Shown: positions 1 to 13,353 of the stretch, piece after piece
Layout of the letters: every line of letters begins with the position of its first letter
Position numbering within the stretch: the first letter of the stretch is position 1
IMG/VR virus record: IMGVR_UViG_3300024324_000002
Origin: a virus
DNA length: 64,000 bases
Strand: one strand, 5' to 3'
Program-made: the position numbers and the translations under genes
Notes under the pieces: model-generated
Databases searched by the model: none
What the model was told of the DNA's origin: nothing
What the model saw: only the letters and a program-made list of their open reading frames with translations

Positions 1-786
1 ATCAACTCATGTTGCTCATGCGGCTCCAGTAGGTCATTGTATTCAATCTTCTCATTGTATTCATTGTGCTCATGTTGCTCAATCATTTCAATCAACTCAT
101 GTTGCTCATGCGGCTCCAGTAGGTCATGTAGCACCAGTAGCTCATGTAGGTCATACTGCTCATTGTATACCAGTAGCTCATGTAATACCTTGTATACCTT
201 GTATTCATTGTGGTCATGTAATTCAATCAGCTCATGCTATTGACATGTCTGTAATATATGTCCGAGCGCTATTTTTATATAAATATAATCTACCATAATC
301 TGAATCAGATTGATCTAATGTTCCAGCTACTAAACCAAAGTTTCATTCTGCTATAGATGATGATTGTAATTCAGATACTGAATTATAAATTCATGCTATA
401 TTAAATCATTGTCATTCATCTCATTGTACTCATTGTACTCATTGTATACCTTGTACTCATGCTGTACCAGTAGCTCATGTAGCACCAGTAGCTCATGTAG
501 GTCATACTCATCATGTATTTCAGTCAGCTCATGTTAATCATTGTGCTCATGTTGCTCAATCTATTCATTGAGGTCATACTGCTCATTGTGCTCATTGAGG
601 TCATGTTGGTCATGTTATAATACTCATTGAATCCATAATCTTTTGACTAGACCATAATGTATCATCACTAGCTTCAGCATTATCATTAAAATTAGCAAAC
701 TTACTATTGTCTGTATTAGATAACCCTTTAGCAGCTATTGTGCTTGAAGACATTAAATCCATAAATGTCTTAGTTCCTCATGCCAT
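1..786 (-). CDS. Collagen-like fibre protein, first 262 codons (runs off the left edge; in-phase continuation at 63861-64000)
   Basis: ATG at 786. Sequence MAGGTKTF...DDTLWSSQKI, then two G-X-Y tracts (about 420-600 and 1-235) split by a ~50-aa linker. The Gly position is TGA, GGT or GGA interchangeably. No TAA/TAG down to nt 1. Confidence 0.8.
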
Positions 787-872
787 AATATTTTAATTAT
801 GAAAATAAAATAATTTAGTTTTTAATTTTAGTTTTTAAAAAGTTTTAGTTTTTGGTTTGTTAAAATCTTTGC

Positions 873-901
873 GAGAGAAGGTAAACTAAAAAACTTCTCT
901 C
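873..901 (-). terminator. Hairpin after the fibre gene stop at 973
   Basis: GAGAGAAG / CTTCTCTC 8-bp inverted repeat with a 13-nt loop in the 187-nt intergenic gap. The T-tract is weak. Confidence 0.35.
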
Positions 902-972
902 TTAGATTTTGGAAATGTTTTTTAAGCGTGTGTTTTATTTCTGCTAGGGATATACATTTAAACCCTTAATGA

Positions 973-2574
973 TTAATAGTATTCTCAACCATCTACTGAT
1001 ATATCATCTAAGGCATCTTGTACATTATCTGCTGTCATTCATGATGCTGTATTATCATAACTTATCTGACTAGCATTTTTTACTATAGTATTTATTGGTA
1101 AATCAAATGATGTCCTTATTGGACTAGCTCATCCGAATTGAAAATTATAATATGATCATGGATTACCTAACATGTTAGCATAGTATTTAATTACTATCCT
1201 ATCTGATGCAGCCCAGTCTCAATCATTTAATAATGCTGATGCACTAAATTGATAATAACTATCATCTTGTGGATTTACAGCTCATGTAGTAGCACTTGTA
1301 GCTACTAATGTTTCTGTAGTATCTATGTTTCTTTTATATACTTCAAAATAAAACTCTGCATATTGTTGACTGTTACCAGCTATCTTAGCTATGTTTCATA
1401 TTGTAGGTATATTTAATGTTCCTATGTTTCATATAAATAATCATGGCTCTGATATTAATCAAGCTAGTAATTGATTATTTCATAATATCTCTCATGTTGG
1501 TATATCTATCGCTGGATCATCAAAGTTTGTATCTAGTAAATCTGATACCATTATATTATATCAGAAATCTCAACTAGCTGTTGTAGGATATAATATTATA
1601 TTATTATATAACAATCCTTTACTTGCTAGTAAATCCCAGTATGTATTTGCTGTAGGTATATTACCTATTGAATCAGTAGTACATATATATGAACTTCATT
1701 CATATGTAACTCAATCATTTACTAGATAACTAGTACCTACATTATACGGTCATCTCCGATTAATTCAAATTTCTCAATCTACTCAATCAACTCAATTTGT
1801 ACCATCTATTCAGTTGGTTCAATCTGTACCATCTGTACCATTAATTCAATCAATTCAGTTTGTACCGTTAGTTCAATTTGTACCATCTATTCAGTTGGTT
1901 CAATCTGTACCGTTAGTTCCATTAGTTCAATCTGTTCAATTAGTTCAATCTGTACCATCTGCTCATGGTAATCATTGTGGTCATTGTATACCTTCTCATC
2001 AAGTAATTCATCTACCAACCCATAATCTGTATTGTCTTATATTAGTTATATCTCAATTTAATTCTACATCTATCTCTGCTAATAAATATTTAGTTAGATC
2101 TTCTGTAGTAGTAGCTATAATAACTCCATCTATTAAATAAATATAATTCGTATAGTTCGCAGCTAGTAATCATTCACTATCATAATCTATGATATCTATT
2201 ACTGATCAATCCTCATATATCTTTCATCCAGTAATAATAACATTCTGTTCTGATTTCTTATATATATGAAAAGCTTGATTAATAAAATCACTAAAATAAT
2301 TTAATGCATCTATAGCATTAGTTAATAATACTTGTGATGAAGCTGTATGTAATACTGGATTAGTTCTGTTTACTCAATAAAAGAAAACACTATTACCTAC
2401 CTTTTTATGGTAGAATATGTTTTCTTCTTTTCATGGTATACCTTTATCTATTAATAAGAATCATATATCACTATCTGGTGAGTCATTAAGAAATACCTCT
2501 ACTTCTCATGTAGAGGTATTTTCTAAATCTTCTATCAAATATGTTATATAATCTTTTTGAAATCTTATACTCAT
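973..2574 (-). CDS. Tail fibre protein with central collagen-like repeat (533 aa)
   Basis: ATG 2574, TAA 973. (G-T-D/N)n triplets at about 1775-2010 with TGA/GGT/GGA at Gly. Then RGPYNVGTSYLVNDGVTYEGSSY...YWDLLASKG, a module common in phage fibres. C-terminus TADNVQDALDDISVDGGEYY. Confidence 0.85.
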
Positions 2575-2581
2575 GTTTTAA

Positions 2582-4687
2582 TTATTTATTAAGTAGTTCT
2601 CTTATTTCATCAGCTGTAAACATTTGTTTAAACTGACTCTTAAATCTTTTATTTGTTTTATATTTATCAGCAAAAAGCTTAAATGCTTCTGGATTAGTTT
2701 CTTTGTTTTTAATAACTTCACTTAACTTATCTTTCTCAACCTGTTTTTTATCTTCTAGTTTAGGTTTATCTTCTGGTTTAGGTATATATTCACTTACCTT
2801 TTTATCTAAATCTTTTTTATCTGTTTCTATATTAGATTTTATATTTGTAGATAAAGAAGATGTACTAGGTGAATTCTTACCTTCTATAGCTTTTAAATAA
2901 GCTGACATAAATTTTCTTTCATCTGCACTTAAATCAACATCCGCTTTAGCTGATATAGATTGAAACTTAATACTTCTCTCTGACCACTTCTTTGCTTCTG
3001 TTTGTAATAGATCTCTTATTTGTTCAAATCAAAATGTAGGATTATCTTGTACTATTTTATTAACATCTACAAATTGTATTCAATCAGTACCATACATTTT
3101 ATTTAACATATGTGTAACCTTCTCTGTTAAATTCTTACCTTCATATATCTTTGTCTCTTGTTCTATTCTTAATTGCTCATTACGTCTCTTAGCTTGTTCA
3201 TCTTGTCTAGCTGTTTCTAATTTAAGATTTATAGCTTTAATATCTTCTATAGCTTTAATATCTCATGCAGCTGCTTTTTTTACCATATCCATATATGGAG
3301 CAAAGTATTCTGTATCAACTAAATCTCTAGCTTTATCTAAGAATGATTGTTCACTAGCAAATATCTTAGCAGCTCATTCTGCTTTATCTGCTACAGCTGA
3401 CATATTCTTATTAAAAGTATCATCAGCTGCTTGTAAATTACTATCATATGTTGCTAATGTATTTTGCATTATAGCATCTATTTCTGATGCAGGAACCTGA
3501 ACTCATGATTGTCCAGCTAATCATCCAGTTATAGCTGCACCTAATCATGCTTGATTATATGCTCTATTAACACTAGATCTTAATCTACTTATTTCTTGAG
3601 CATTAGCTGTAGCATAAGCTGTTCTTCTATCTTCTATATCTTGTTCTGATTCCGTAATCCTTTCTAGCTTTCATTCACTTTTTTTCTTTTCTAATTCAGC
3701 TAATTCATCAGCTTGATCTTTTAATATTTGTTTTTGTTCTTCAGTCTTCTTTTTATTTTCTTCATCAAACATAGATAAATTAGTTTTCATTTCATCCGCC
3801 ATAACCTCACTTCATGTAGGTCATTTAACTTCTTCTTCTATTTCTCCAATTGTTTTCTTCTCTATTTTCTTACCTGTAATATCTTCTGTTAACATAGATC
3901 AACTTCATTCCTTATCTTCAGTTTCAGTTTCAGTAGTTCATCCTTCTTTTATTTTTCTTTGAAGTTCTAAATTTTGTTCAGCTGTACCAGTATAATTTTC
4001 AATACCATATTTTTTAGCAACAGCTAACCTCTCTGGGCTATCCCATGCTTTAGAAAATATATCATCTGTTAAACTAATTCCTACAGTTTCTGTAGTAGAT
4101 GTAGGTGTTTCTGTAGTAGGTGTTTCTGTAGTAGGTGTAGTTTTATTTTCTTCTACTTTAGGTTCTTCTGTTTTAGGTGTAACATTTTCTGTAACTAATA
4201 TTTTATCTTTACTAGGTAACTCTGATTTATTTGGTTGTCAAACAACTATACCTCAATGCTTAATAAATTGTTGTATTCATTTATAATCTCATTCTTTATT
4301 TAATCTAGTAAGTTCAGTTAAATTTTCTGCCGATATTTGTCATTTATTTTGTTCAGCTTTTATTAAAGCCATTGCAAGTTCTTTTTGTTCTATTGGATTA
4401 AATTTATTAAAATCAGTATTTTCTATTTTAGAAATTACTTGTGTATTTAATTTTTGTCATATCTTTTTTGAATCTTCAAGTTTTTCATAAATTGATTTAT
4501 TTCTATTACCAGATCATCACATTGCATTCATCTTAGATTGAGAATAACTCTCCATTTGTTTTTGAAGTTTACTTTTTTCTTTTTTCTTTTTCTTATCTCA
4601 TGGAGTATCAAAATTCATATTTAATCAAGTATTTTCATCTGGCTCATTTAATGATTGATATTGTCATTGTCCATAATTGTATATCAT
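2582..4687 (-). CDS. Hypothetical virion protein, K/E-rich coiled coil (701 aa); internal/ejection protein candidate by position
   Basis: Code-25 ORF translated end to end, ATG 4687 to TAA 2582. T-T-E-T-P repeats near 4080-4140. Lies between the nozzle-like gene block and the fibres. Confidence 0.6.
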
Positions 4688-4704
4688 ATCTAATTAATTA
4701 TATA

Positions 4705-5682
4705 TTAAAATAGTCCTTGTTTAGCTTGTGCTTCTCTTTTTGTTTCTTCTGATACTTCTGTATTTTTAAACTCTAATGGATCTGCTTCTTTTAATCTTTT
4801 CCATAATTCCATATTTTTTTCTTTACTATAATCATAGTTTTCTATTCATAATGCTTCAGCTATAGATGCTCTATGTTCTTTACTAGAATCTATTCATTGT
4901 TCATCTAACCAACTTATAAATGTTTTTCTTTCTGGAACTTCTGGAACTTCTGAAACTTCTGGAACTTCTGGAACTTCTGAAGTTTCTGGAACTTCTTGGT
5001 TGTCTTGAAATTCTCTTAATCTATTACTCATCTCTTCATTGTTTCTTTCCATTGTTTCATTCATTTCATCTATAGATGGATAATCTATATCTAATCCATT
5101 TGGATCTTCATCCATTGATGCTACTCATGCAGCTGCTCATACTCATGCTACTCATGCTGTAGCTCTATTAACTTTTCCACTTATCTCTTTACCTTTCATT
5201 CTTCTCTCTTTTAATAATTTTTTATTAGCATCATCCATTCATTGTATATCTTCTACATCTCTTTTAACCATTGAATCTTTTTGTTTATATCACATCTTTT
5301 CAGATTTTCATACACCATCCATATGTGATTGTACATTTCATTGTTTAGCTTTTATATCATTTATCTTATCAGTAATCTTTTTTCTAGCTGTCTTAGTTAA
5401 CTTTCCTTTAATTGCTTTCTGTGCTAACTTAACTCATTTAGCTCAAGGTACTAATGATAATATATCTAATGCTAATCATGATCAACTAAATTCTTCACCT
5501 TTAACTGCTCTTATTGCATCCGTAGGAGCTAATGCTTCATATGTTCATTTAGCTAAATTCTTACCTGCACTCTTAATTTTTTCTCAAAAACTTCTACCCT
5601 CAAATTTTTTTGGTGATCCATTTGGATTTAACCCCATAGCTTCATAATCTATTCAGCTATAATCTATATCAACATTTGTCAT
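4705..5682 (-). CDS. Hypothetical structural protein (325 aa) with acidic E-V-P/S repeat
   Basis: ATG 5682, TAA 4705. EVPEVPEVSEVPEVPE tract at about 4930-4990. Track ORF 4894..5115 is an in-frame fragment ending at TGA. Confidence 0.6.
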
Positions 5683-5689
5683 TGTTCTA

Positions 5690-8596
5690 TTAATTAGATG
5701 TTAAAATATCATTCACATAAGGTTTACTTGCTTTAGTTAATAAGTAAGTGTTACCTATAATAAATCTGTTTTCAGATTTATATTGGAATCTCATGAACCT
5801 TCATGCTCTTTCGATTTGAGTTTGTATACTTGCTATATTTCACTCATATACTTCTTGAATCTCTTGTCATGGTAATTCATCAAGGTCTGGTTCTGGATCC
5901 AACATAGTATCAAAATAATAATTATTTAATGTATGTGTCTCTGTTTCTAAGTTACCAGCTTCCTCCTCTCTCTCTATTATTAGAGTAATATCTAAGTTGT
6001 CTTGATGGTTCAACCCAAATATTGTTCTCATTATATCAACCTTAGTAAGATTAATCAAATTTCAGATACTGAAGTTAATTTCTTGTGAGTACTCTACTCA
6101 AAAATCTGTATATCAATTCTCTATAGCTATATAATCTTTTGTTAATATTTCATCTCATATATGATATACTGGTGTATTATATTCATTCTGTAACCATATA
6201 TTTCTTGATATATCAAATTGATAGTTTGTAGTCTTCTCTCAATTTATAACTAGTACATTTATATATTCTCATTCTTGACTCATGAAACATTCTCATTCAG
6301 CTTCTTCAAATAAATATCTAAATCATTTTGATATCTCTTGTGTAGCTATTCTAGATTCAGTAGCATCATTCTCTACTACCTGTAATGTCATTAATCTTTT
6401 ATCTGATTGTAATAGATATAAAACTCCATCTGTATATAAATATGAATACTTACTAAATAGATCTCAATTAAATTCTAAGTCTTTCATTAAGTATGATGTC
6501 ATATCTCTTCCATATCTTTTCATTATAGTCTTCTTAATTAATTTATTTGTTTCTCAAATAACTATTAATGAATGTCCAAATGGTATTAATTTTTCTCATC
6601 CTTTATATGTAAGATTATCTAATGGATAGAATTGTGTATTACTATCAAAATCAACTCTACTAAAATATATAAAGTTAGGTGTTAATGTAAATAATGCTCA
6701 TTCAAATTCTTGTATATCTATTATATCTGTATTCTGTTTATTATTAATCTCTGTTCCTTTTAATACATTATATGGAAATATAGTATTATCATTCACATTT
6801 CTTATTGTTGATAATGGATTATATATAAATGCATCTGCTGGTATAGCTCAAGTTAATCCTACTCCATAATAATAATTACTTCATTCTATATTAAAGTTAT
6901 TTTCACTAACTGTTATTTTAGAATATGTAGTTGATGGATTTAATTGTCTTCAATCTATATGTGATATATCTAAATAATATGCATCTCAACCAGAATGAAA
7001 TATTTTATAAGCACTAAAGTCAGTATGGGTATTAAAGTAATTTATTATCTCTGTTGCTATAGTTCACTCATGTTGTGTATCTACATATATACTATGATCT
7101 ATTCCATCTACATTAATAACTATTGTTGCAGGACTTGTAACCCATGATGTATTAATATATACTTTCATTGAATATGTATCACTTCTAGTTACAGCATTTT
7201 CTTGTAAATCATCTTTCCGTATATAAAAATCATATCATAAAAACCATTCTTTTATTGTTATTCATAATGTATCTAGTGTAGATATATATTTATCTTCTGT
7301 TTCTACCATCTTATAACTATATCATACTGGTAGATTATCTCTTATATATTTATAGAAATCCATCTTTCTAAAACTATCTTGATTTTGAATTCAATCATCA
7401 TCATATCTATTTAATAAGTATGGTGTTGATCATCATAATGTAGATGAATTATACGCTATTATAGTTCAATCAAAATTAATTCATATACTAGGATATATTC
7501 ATAAACCAGCTCATGAAAAATTTATATCTAATTTTAATATAGAATCTAGTTGTGTAATTGCTATTGCTCATCAATCTACTCTATATATAAATAATAATAA
7601 ATTATCTATTTCTACTACATAATCAGATGATAAAACTCATTCCAATATATTTTTATTCTCTACATCATCTTCTCAATTTAATAATACTTTTACTCAATCT
7701 ATATCTAATGGATATAAATTAATGTATCAATATGTTAATGCTATATGATAATAAAAATCTCAAGCTCATTTAATATCTGTTAATGCTAATACATTAATTC
7801 ATGTATCAGATCATAATACTAATACATCTTTAGGATCACTGAATACATAATATTTTTCATCTGTCTCTGGTAATGAACCATAACCATCAGTACCAAATAT
7901 ATATACTTGTTCTCATACAGCATAATATATCCTCTTAGTTAATCATTTTAATATACCTGTTGTAAATGTAATATATCTTGTTGATCATTCACTCCGTCAA
8001 TGTCATGGGATAATTAATCCTATTAATCATCATTGATAATATGGTTGTAATTCTATTACATCAGCTCATTCTTCTGCTGTAGCCCAATAAGCAATATTAG
8101 TTGGTGAAATTCATGTAGCATCTTTAATACATATATATGCATTACTTCAACTTGTAACTCAATCTCATATCGAATATGAAGCGGTTGATTCATATACACT
8201 TGGATTTAATACTTTAGCTACAGGTTCTAAATTATTAATTGTCTCTGTAGCATCTATAATTATTTGTCATCATGCTCATGCTCACTTAATTAAGTGTGTA
8301 GGATTTCATTCTCTAATATCTTCAGAATATATTTCTTCATAATTTTTATTATATATTTTACCTTTAGTTTCAGTTTCACCATAGTAATATCTATCACCAT
8401 CTATATCTACATAATCTTTAAATGTAACTCATGGTAAATTAAATCTAGATTCTAATCATAATCTTTTATCTAACATAAAACTATCTCACGAGATTCAATT
8501 AATCTTGTGAGTTGGTTTAATAGCTTTACAGTTTATGATTCTATCATAAATAGAATTGAGTTCTTGATCTTTTAACTCTAATTGTATGTCTTTCAT
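5690..8596 (-). CDS. Large tail/nozzle-like structural protein (968 aa)
   Basis: ATG 8596 overlaps the upstream stop (TAATG); TAA 5690. Contains a fibre-type module SYSIGDGVTSGSNAYICIKDATGISPTNIAYW. Position after the capsid and adaptor resembles T7 gp12. Confidence 0.55.
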
Positions 8597-9189
8597 TATA
8601 TAGATTTGTCAGGGCTAAAATAAATATCTGCTGATATTCAATCAGCTTTTTTTAATTCATCTAACTGTCTTACAGCTATTTGATATCTTGGTACCACATT
8701 ATCATCCTCAAAATAACTTAAAGGACTAGCTAAGTCATAAATCTTATTTACGATTGGTGGTACAAATCTATTTGGGAATTGTAATGCCTTAGTTCCATCA
8801 TTAGCTAATGATATCCATTCATATTGTTTATAGTATCTTATCTCTATAGATTTAATGTCTGTAGTAGTTAATATAAAATTATCTCATACATTACATTCTG
8901 TATAATTTTTCACCTTACCACTCATAGGTATTATTTGATTTCATTCATCATCATAAATATCTATTATAGATTCTATAGGATATGTTGTCTCCCATTTTAA
9001 ATATTCTCAATTTACTGATGATGTTTCTATTGTTTCAGTTTTAATTTTAAATGACCATTGATAATAATTCCATACATCTTGACATGAAATATTTATATAT
9101 GATTCTAACATTTCTGTTGTAGATAATGCTCATCCTCATCTACTTACGAAGAATGGTCTTATAAAACTATATACTTGATTATTAATCAT
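8596..9189 (-). CDS. Putative head-tail adaptor / tail tubular A-like protein (197 aa)
   Basis: First gene after the capsid terminator. Coupled by TAATG to the 968-aa gene. Assignment rests on size and position only. Confidence 0.4.
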
Positions 9190-9225
9190 TGTAGTTTTTA
9201 TTAGTAAATAATAACATTATTATAT

Positions 9226-9260
9226 TAAAAAAAGATTAGGAAATCAAATTCCTAATCTTT
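9226..9260 (-). terminator. Rho-independent terminator after the capsid gene
   Basis: Perfect 11-bp stem AAGATTAGGAA / TTCCTAATCTT, 6-nt loop, followed by a T-run on the coding strand. Confidence 0.75.
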
Positions 9261-9290
9261 TAAATACAAATATAAATATAAATTTTTTGA

Positions 9291-10631
9291 TTACGCTTCA
9301 AGATCTTCTAAAATCATGTAAGCATTATCATATGATTGACCAGCAAATACATTAGCTAGTTTGTATTCAAATGTATATTCTCTGAAATCATTAGTAGTAA
9401 CTGGTTGTTTAATAACACAAAATCTATTTGCTTGTGTTTTAACAGCTACACCTTGTTCATTCATGAATTCATTTTCTGGAACTCTGAACCCTACTAATTC
9501 TTTAGGGAATACGAATGCTTTAGAATCATTACTATATATTCTATCCATTTCTGGTAGAACGATAAAGTTAATATTTCTGAAGTATGGAGTAGATAAACTT
9601 TCTAATCCGTATTCAATAGTCTTAGGTATGAAGTTTTGGTAAACTACATCACTTCTTAATAGACCAGATATAACTGAAGCGAATTCAGTATTACAGAATA
9701 CAGTTGGTTTTTCATTACCAGTATAAACAGGAGCTGTAGAAGCTAAGTTTAATATTCTTTGTAGTTCTCTTAATTTAGTTTGATCAGTAGTCATAGCAGC
9801 TAAACTGAATCTAGAAGTTTGACCTCTAGCTTCTCTCTCATCTATAAGAGTAACATACCCTTGTAGTTCTGGAGAGTTACCACCATTGTTTTGTCCGAAG
9901 AACCAAGAACTAATTATGTTCTCTAAAATTTGCATTTTAGGTTTATTAAATTCATTTGATAAAAATGTTTTAACATCAACTAGTAATCTTGTTTTATTTA
10001 ATTCTTCAGCTTGTATAGATACTGAACCACCAAATTTTTGGAAGTAAGTAGTAACTAATTTAGCTGTAGGATCAGATACAGTTCTTTGAACTTTATCACC
10101 TAAAGTTAATTTAGGAGCGATGAAAATAACTTTATCACCATCTTTAACACTAACTGCAGAACTAACTGTAAGTGTGTTAGTAGCTGGATCTATACCTGTA
10201 ATTGTAACTTGTGTTTCAGTACCAGCAGATCCTTTAGCAGGAATTGTTCTAACGTAATCGTTAATTGCAAATGTACCTACTGATTCTACTATAATTTCTG
10301 TAGTAATTGAATCAGTTGTAATTTCAGATGAAGTTGAAAATGAATCACCTTCATACCAAGATACTGATGTACCAGTTTCTGATACAGTAGATTCTATTTT
10401 ACTAATTTTAGCAAATTGAGAATCTTGCATTCCTTCTAATTGAAACATTGCACCTGCACTAGATCCATTAATATTTCTTTGCATTCTATACCAGTTAGAT
10501 GGTCAGAACCCTAAGTAAGCGAAACCTGGATACTCTCTTATGTAAGAAGTCATAAAACCTATACCCTTACCTATAACTCTATCTACTATGTCCTGTGTAT
10601 TTACAGGAGTAGTATTTACTGCATTTGCCAT
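9291..10631 (-). CDS. Major capsid protein, putative (446 aa)
   Basis: Canonical position (TerL-portal-scaffold-this gene) with a strong terminator after it. Track ORF 9291..10484 extends upstream through a single TGA to ATG 10631. No family motif recognised by eye. Confidence 0.65.
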
Positions 10632-10643
10632 AATATTTTTTTA

Positions 10644-11423
10644 TTATAAATTAATTTCATAATCATCTATTCATCCTTGACCTCATTTAGTGTTTGGATT
10701 ACTCGATGAATTAAATGAAGATACTTTAGATATCAAATCGCTTGCGTTATCTGTATCTTGTTCTTCTTTTGTTTGTCCAGTTAATTCAGATCTTAAGTCA
10801 TCTAAGATACCAACAATTCTCTTCTTAGATTTCTCATCACCTCATTTAGCCTTCTCTAAATTACCATTCAAATATATTAGATTTGGTTCATCTATATTTC
10901 AATATAATTCTAATTCAGTATTCCTCATCATTATATCTCATTTCTCTTTATTTATTTTTCAAACGAGTTTTTGAAGTTGGTCTACTTGAGTTTTTAATTG
11001 AGAGTTATCCATCTTAATTTGATCCAGTAATTCTGAAGTCTCTCAAACCTCTTCTTCTGTACCTAACTTAGATAAAGACTCTTCTGTCTTTTCTATAGTT
11101 TCTTCTGATTCTTCTGAACCAGTTTCTATAGATTTTAATAACTCTTCTATTTCGTCTACTTCAGTTTCACTAGTAGTCTCTTCAGATTTTTTTTCTGTAG
11201 TTTCTTCTGTAGTTTCTTCTGGTTTTTCTTCAGTAGTTACTTCTTCTGTTCAAGATTCTTGTTCAGTAGAAGGTTCTTCAGTAGTTTCTTCCTTAGAAGT
11301 CTCTTCTGGTTTTGTTTCTGTAGATTCTTCTATTTCAGAAAAATCCATTTCAACTCATGAGTCAGTTCATGTTGATTCAGCTTCTCATGTAATGTCGCTG
11401 AAATCTAAATCTAATTCATCCAT
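10644..11423 (-). CDS. Scaffolding protein, putative (259 aa)
   Basis: Very acidic E/T-rich N-terminal half and predicted coiled-coil C-terminal half. Lies between the portal and capsid genes. Confidence 0.5.
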
Positions 11424-11511
11424 ATGTATTAGTTTTTTAAAAAGTAAATAGTAATTCTAATATAACTATTCGTGCCTAGTATATTAGTATAGTTGATATA
11501 AGTCAAATTTC

Positions 11512-13353
11512 TTAAATTCACATACCTTGTAATTGTGCCATTAGATCCTCTGGATTACCTCATTCTTGTGGTGGTCACATAGGTGCTTCTGATGGTGGTC
11601 ACATAGGTGTCTCTGGAGTTTGTTCGTCTTGATTACTAAAGTCTAATCCTTTAAATCTATTTATATCAAAGTCATCATCTAATAGTATATTAAATAACTC
11701 ATTGATTTGTTCTGGTTTCATTTGTTTCATCTGTATCAATGATTGGAATATTTCTTTAACAATTCATCTCTTCTTTTCTTTCTCTATATTTCTTAATGAG
11801 TTAAATTTAAAACTTATATTCTCATCATTTATAATATCTGATATTAACATTTCATTAACAAGAATTCATCATTCTTCATCTGCACTAAATTCTAATCATA
11901 ATTTATTTAATTCTTTCTCTGTAAAGTATTTCAAATACATTAACATCCATGTCTTACTTACTCTACCCATCATCATCTGTATACTATCTATAATAGGAGT
12001 AAGTTTAGATTTATATTGATCATGTATTAGATTAATAGAATCTGATACTCTCTCTACTTTACTTTGTCATCCTAATAGATAACCATTTACTCATGCCCTC
12101 TTCTCTGTCATCTGTTCTACATATTGCCCTACATTCAATGGACTAAAATCATTTAATCCAAAATCTAATCTTTCTATCTTAGAGTCTGGACTCATTTTAA
12201 TACCTTTGAATTTTTCAAATCTTACTTTACCATCTCTACCTAATCATGGTACATTACCATATATAGCAAACATACCAGACATTTGCATCTTAATGTTATC
12301 TAAGAATGCATTCCATATTCATGTAAGTATAGATTGTAAATGTGATAAATTATCAACCTGACCGTTAGATGTTCATGCTCATGGTACATCATTAAATGAT
12401 ATCCCTCTAACTAAACTTAAATCTCATTCTAGTAATGGATCTCACATATATAATAAATTACCATCTATGTATATGTATAGTTTCTCATTGTATGCCACTT
12501 CTACTATTTCATAACTCTTACTACCCTTAACTAAATAGAAATTGTTTTGATCTATATCTGATACTTCATCTCATCATCTTATTCTTACATCAGTATTGAT
12601 TGGTTTCTTATTATTGTGTGAACCAACTATTAAGTTACTGTAATTGTTTATATTCTTCACTGGATTGTAATCGTAATTACTAAATCTAGTTTTACTTCTT
12701 TCAGTAGATTTTAATATCTTATTTATATGTGCCTTAACTTTAGCATCTGTTATATCACTAGATCTAAATAATCCACTATATTTATCATGGATATATTTAC
12801 CAGTATTAAATACTCTAGTTATTTGATATGGTGATTTTAATATACCATACGATGTATCATAGAATAAATTAAATATACTTAAGTATTCTATAGTAGGTTT
12901 CTTTGTCTTAACTTCTATTTTCTTTTTTCAACTTAGTATAGTATAATTTTCTGTTCTTTTAAATAACCCTGTCTTTACAAAACCTTCTCAACATATTAAA
13001 CATTCTTTTAAAGCATCTTTTAATGATGATCTTCATTGACTATTATAATCAAATGTTTTGTTACATATCTCTCTGAATGTAGGTTCTTGTACTCCGAATA
13101 CGAAATCAAAATCAAATAAGTTAGCAAACTCTGTATCTATAATAGATGCAGCATGTGGATAACTTATATTAGTTTGCCATTCTTGTAACTCTGGTAATCT
13201 ATCTAATACATATCATAAATATTGTTTATAATTAGATACGTACTTTGGGAACTTCTCGTCCTCAAATTTTTGTATAGTAAATGTAACTAAGTCAGTTACC
13301 TCCTCTATTTCTTTACTTTGCTTTTTATCAAAAGCTATTTTTATATCACTCAT
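11512..13353 (-). CDS. Portal protein, putative (613 aa)
   Basis: The ATG directly abuts the TerL TAG stop. Size and position fit a portal. Translated without TAA/TAG. Confidence 0.65.

Noticed and set aside
37-2140. Plus-strand track ORFs 37..243 and 1814..2140 (Ser/Cys/Val-rich)
   Set aside because: They are the antisense reading of the collagen G-X-Y repeats. The minus frame gives coherent fibre proteins with recognisable flanking domains.
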